This document shows positions 62,639-64,000 of a DNA stretch of 64,000 bases, piece by piece. A program made the translations under genes and the position numbers. Under the pieces are notes generated by a model. That model saw only the letters and a list, made by a program, of their open reading frames with translations. It made no database searches and was not told the origin of the DNA. The stretch comes from Octopus vulgaris (taxonomy: Eukaryota). The stretch lies in the NCBI GenBank assembly GCA_951406725.2, contig OX597842.1:2790001-2854000 (forward strand). The letters are read 5' to 3'. Within the stretch, counting starts at the first letter, position 1. Every line of letters starts with the position of its first letter.

Positions 62639-63004
62639 AAGAAGAGAGACAAAGACAGCTGTGTGCAGGGCAGGAGACACAGTCGAGGGAGACTCATTTG
62701 CTGATTGTGGCGCCAAAGAGAAGAGTTAAGTTGGAAAGACATGACCAGTGATTTGACCTCTACTGCTGGTGTGGTGTGGGGTCAAAATGATGGTCAGAGT
62801 TTGATGGCCAAAGGTGAATGGAGGGAAAGCATCTTGTTTTGCGATGTAATGGTTTTAAATTTAAAAGAGAATGAAGATTCGTCTTAGGAAAATTCTTTAT
62901 CAGCACAATAACAAAATGAAACATTTTTCAAAAACATCTAAAAGATTATGGAAAGAAAACCTTTAAAATGTGCCAGAATATTTTATACAGGCACGTGTAT
63001 CCCC

Positions 63005-63027
63005 CTCTCTCTCTCTCTCTGTCCCTA

Positions 63028-63058
<31 letters not shown>

Positions 63059-63580
63059 TATATATGCATGCACACATACATATATATATTTGTATATATA
63101 AACACATGTATTTAGAAATATACATGTGTCTTTGTAAATATGTGTATGTGTGTATGCATATATATCTATATATATATGAATGTATGTATATATATATATG
63201 TATATACACATATCTATATGTATGTATATATACACATACCTAAGTATATATACATAATATATATGTATACATAATATATATGTATGAATATAAGTGTTTA
63301 AGAGGACAACAAACTTTATATATTTATATATACATATGTATAAACATGTTTATATGAGTATGTATATATATATATATTTATATATATAAATACATTTATA
63401 TATATTTACCTATCTATATATACATATATGTTTGGTTATATATACATACATATATATATAGAGAGAGAAAGAGAGATTTATACATATTTATCTATCTATA
63501 TGTATGCATACAAATGTTTGTATATGTATGTATATATATATATATGTGTATAAATATTTACACATATATATATTATATAT
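63005..63580. repeat. (TA)n/(CA)n/(TATG)n microsatellite field
   Basis: direct inspection. Confidence 0.92.
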
Positions 63581-64000
63581 TTAAGGACTACATGAACCCA
63601 CCAAAGCATTTAAAAGATGTCCATTAGCCAAAAACTGAAGTGGCAATACGCCCGGCATCTTCAAGAAAAATCACCTAAAACAGCTATTACTTAACTTGAT
63701 GTTGTTGATGGTTAAAACGGCGAACCTGAATGAAAAGACGCTTTTTGATAATGACTTCAGTTTTAAACACTATTGCCAAAAATACCCTTTATTTGGCAAT
63801 TATTACAAATAGGCATTGATGCAAGACAAAATGTTCTTACGTGGCAAATTCCATCACAACAAAAGAAGACCGTTTTTTTCTTCCCTTCTTCCTAAGTAGT
63901 TTTGGTTGTTTAATCTTTATACAATGAAAGCGGAAAATGCGAAACTCAAGTGTAAGCTGCAGTATGATTTTAATAATAATAATAATAATAATGATAATAA

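Overview
AT-rich, repeat-saturated animal non-coding DNA (intron or intergenic). The repeat inventory and very dense (TA)n/(CA)n/(ATT)n/(CAT)n/(CT)n microsatellites suggest a coleoid cephalopod such as Octopus (inference). No host protein-coding exon is supported; the long ORFs are microsatellite, SINE or transposon read-throughs. Content: more than 30 copies or fragments of one tRNA-headed SINE, at least 4 other SINE-like families, decayed RTE, L1/Tx1-like, RLE-type and Penelope-like retroelement fragments, Tc1/mariner remnants, 2 non-autonomous Helitrons and a few unique islands that may be regulatory. Main discovery: at least 7 sequence-distinct short repeat families carry minimal type-I hammerhead-ribozyme motifs (CUGANGA-like box, helix II, GAAAC, palindromic helix III, GUH). 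Several lie in the arms of long foldback elements with the ribozymes reading outward, and one family is fused to a tRNA-derived Pol III head. This looks like a diverse population of ribozyme-bearing non-autonomous Penelope-like or retrozyme-like elements. Coordinates were read by eye; repeat edges are approximate.
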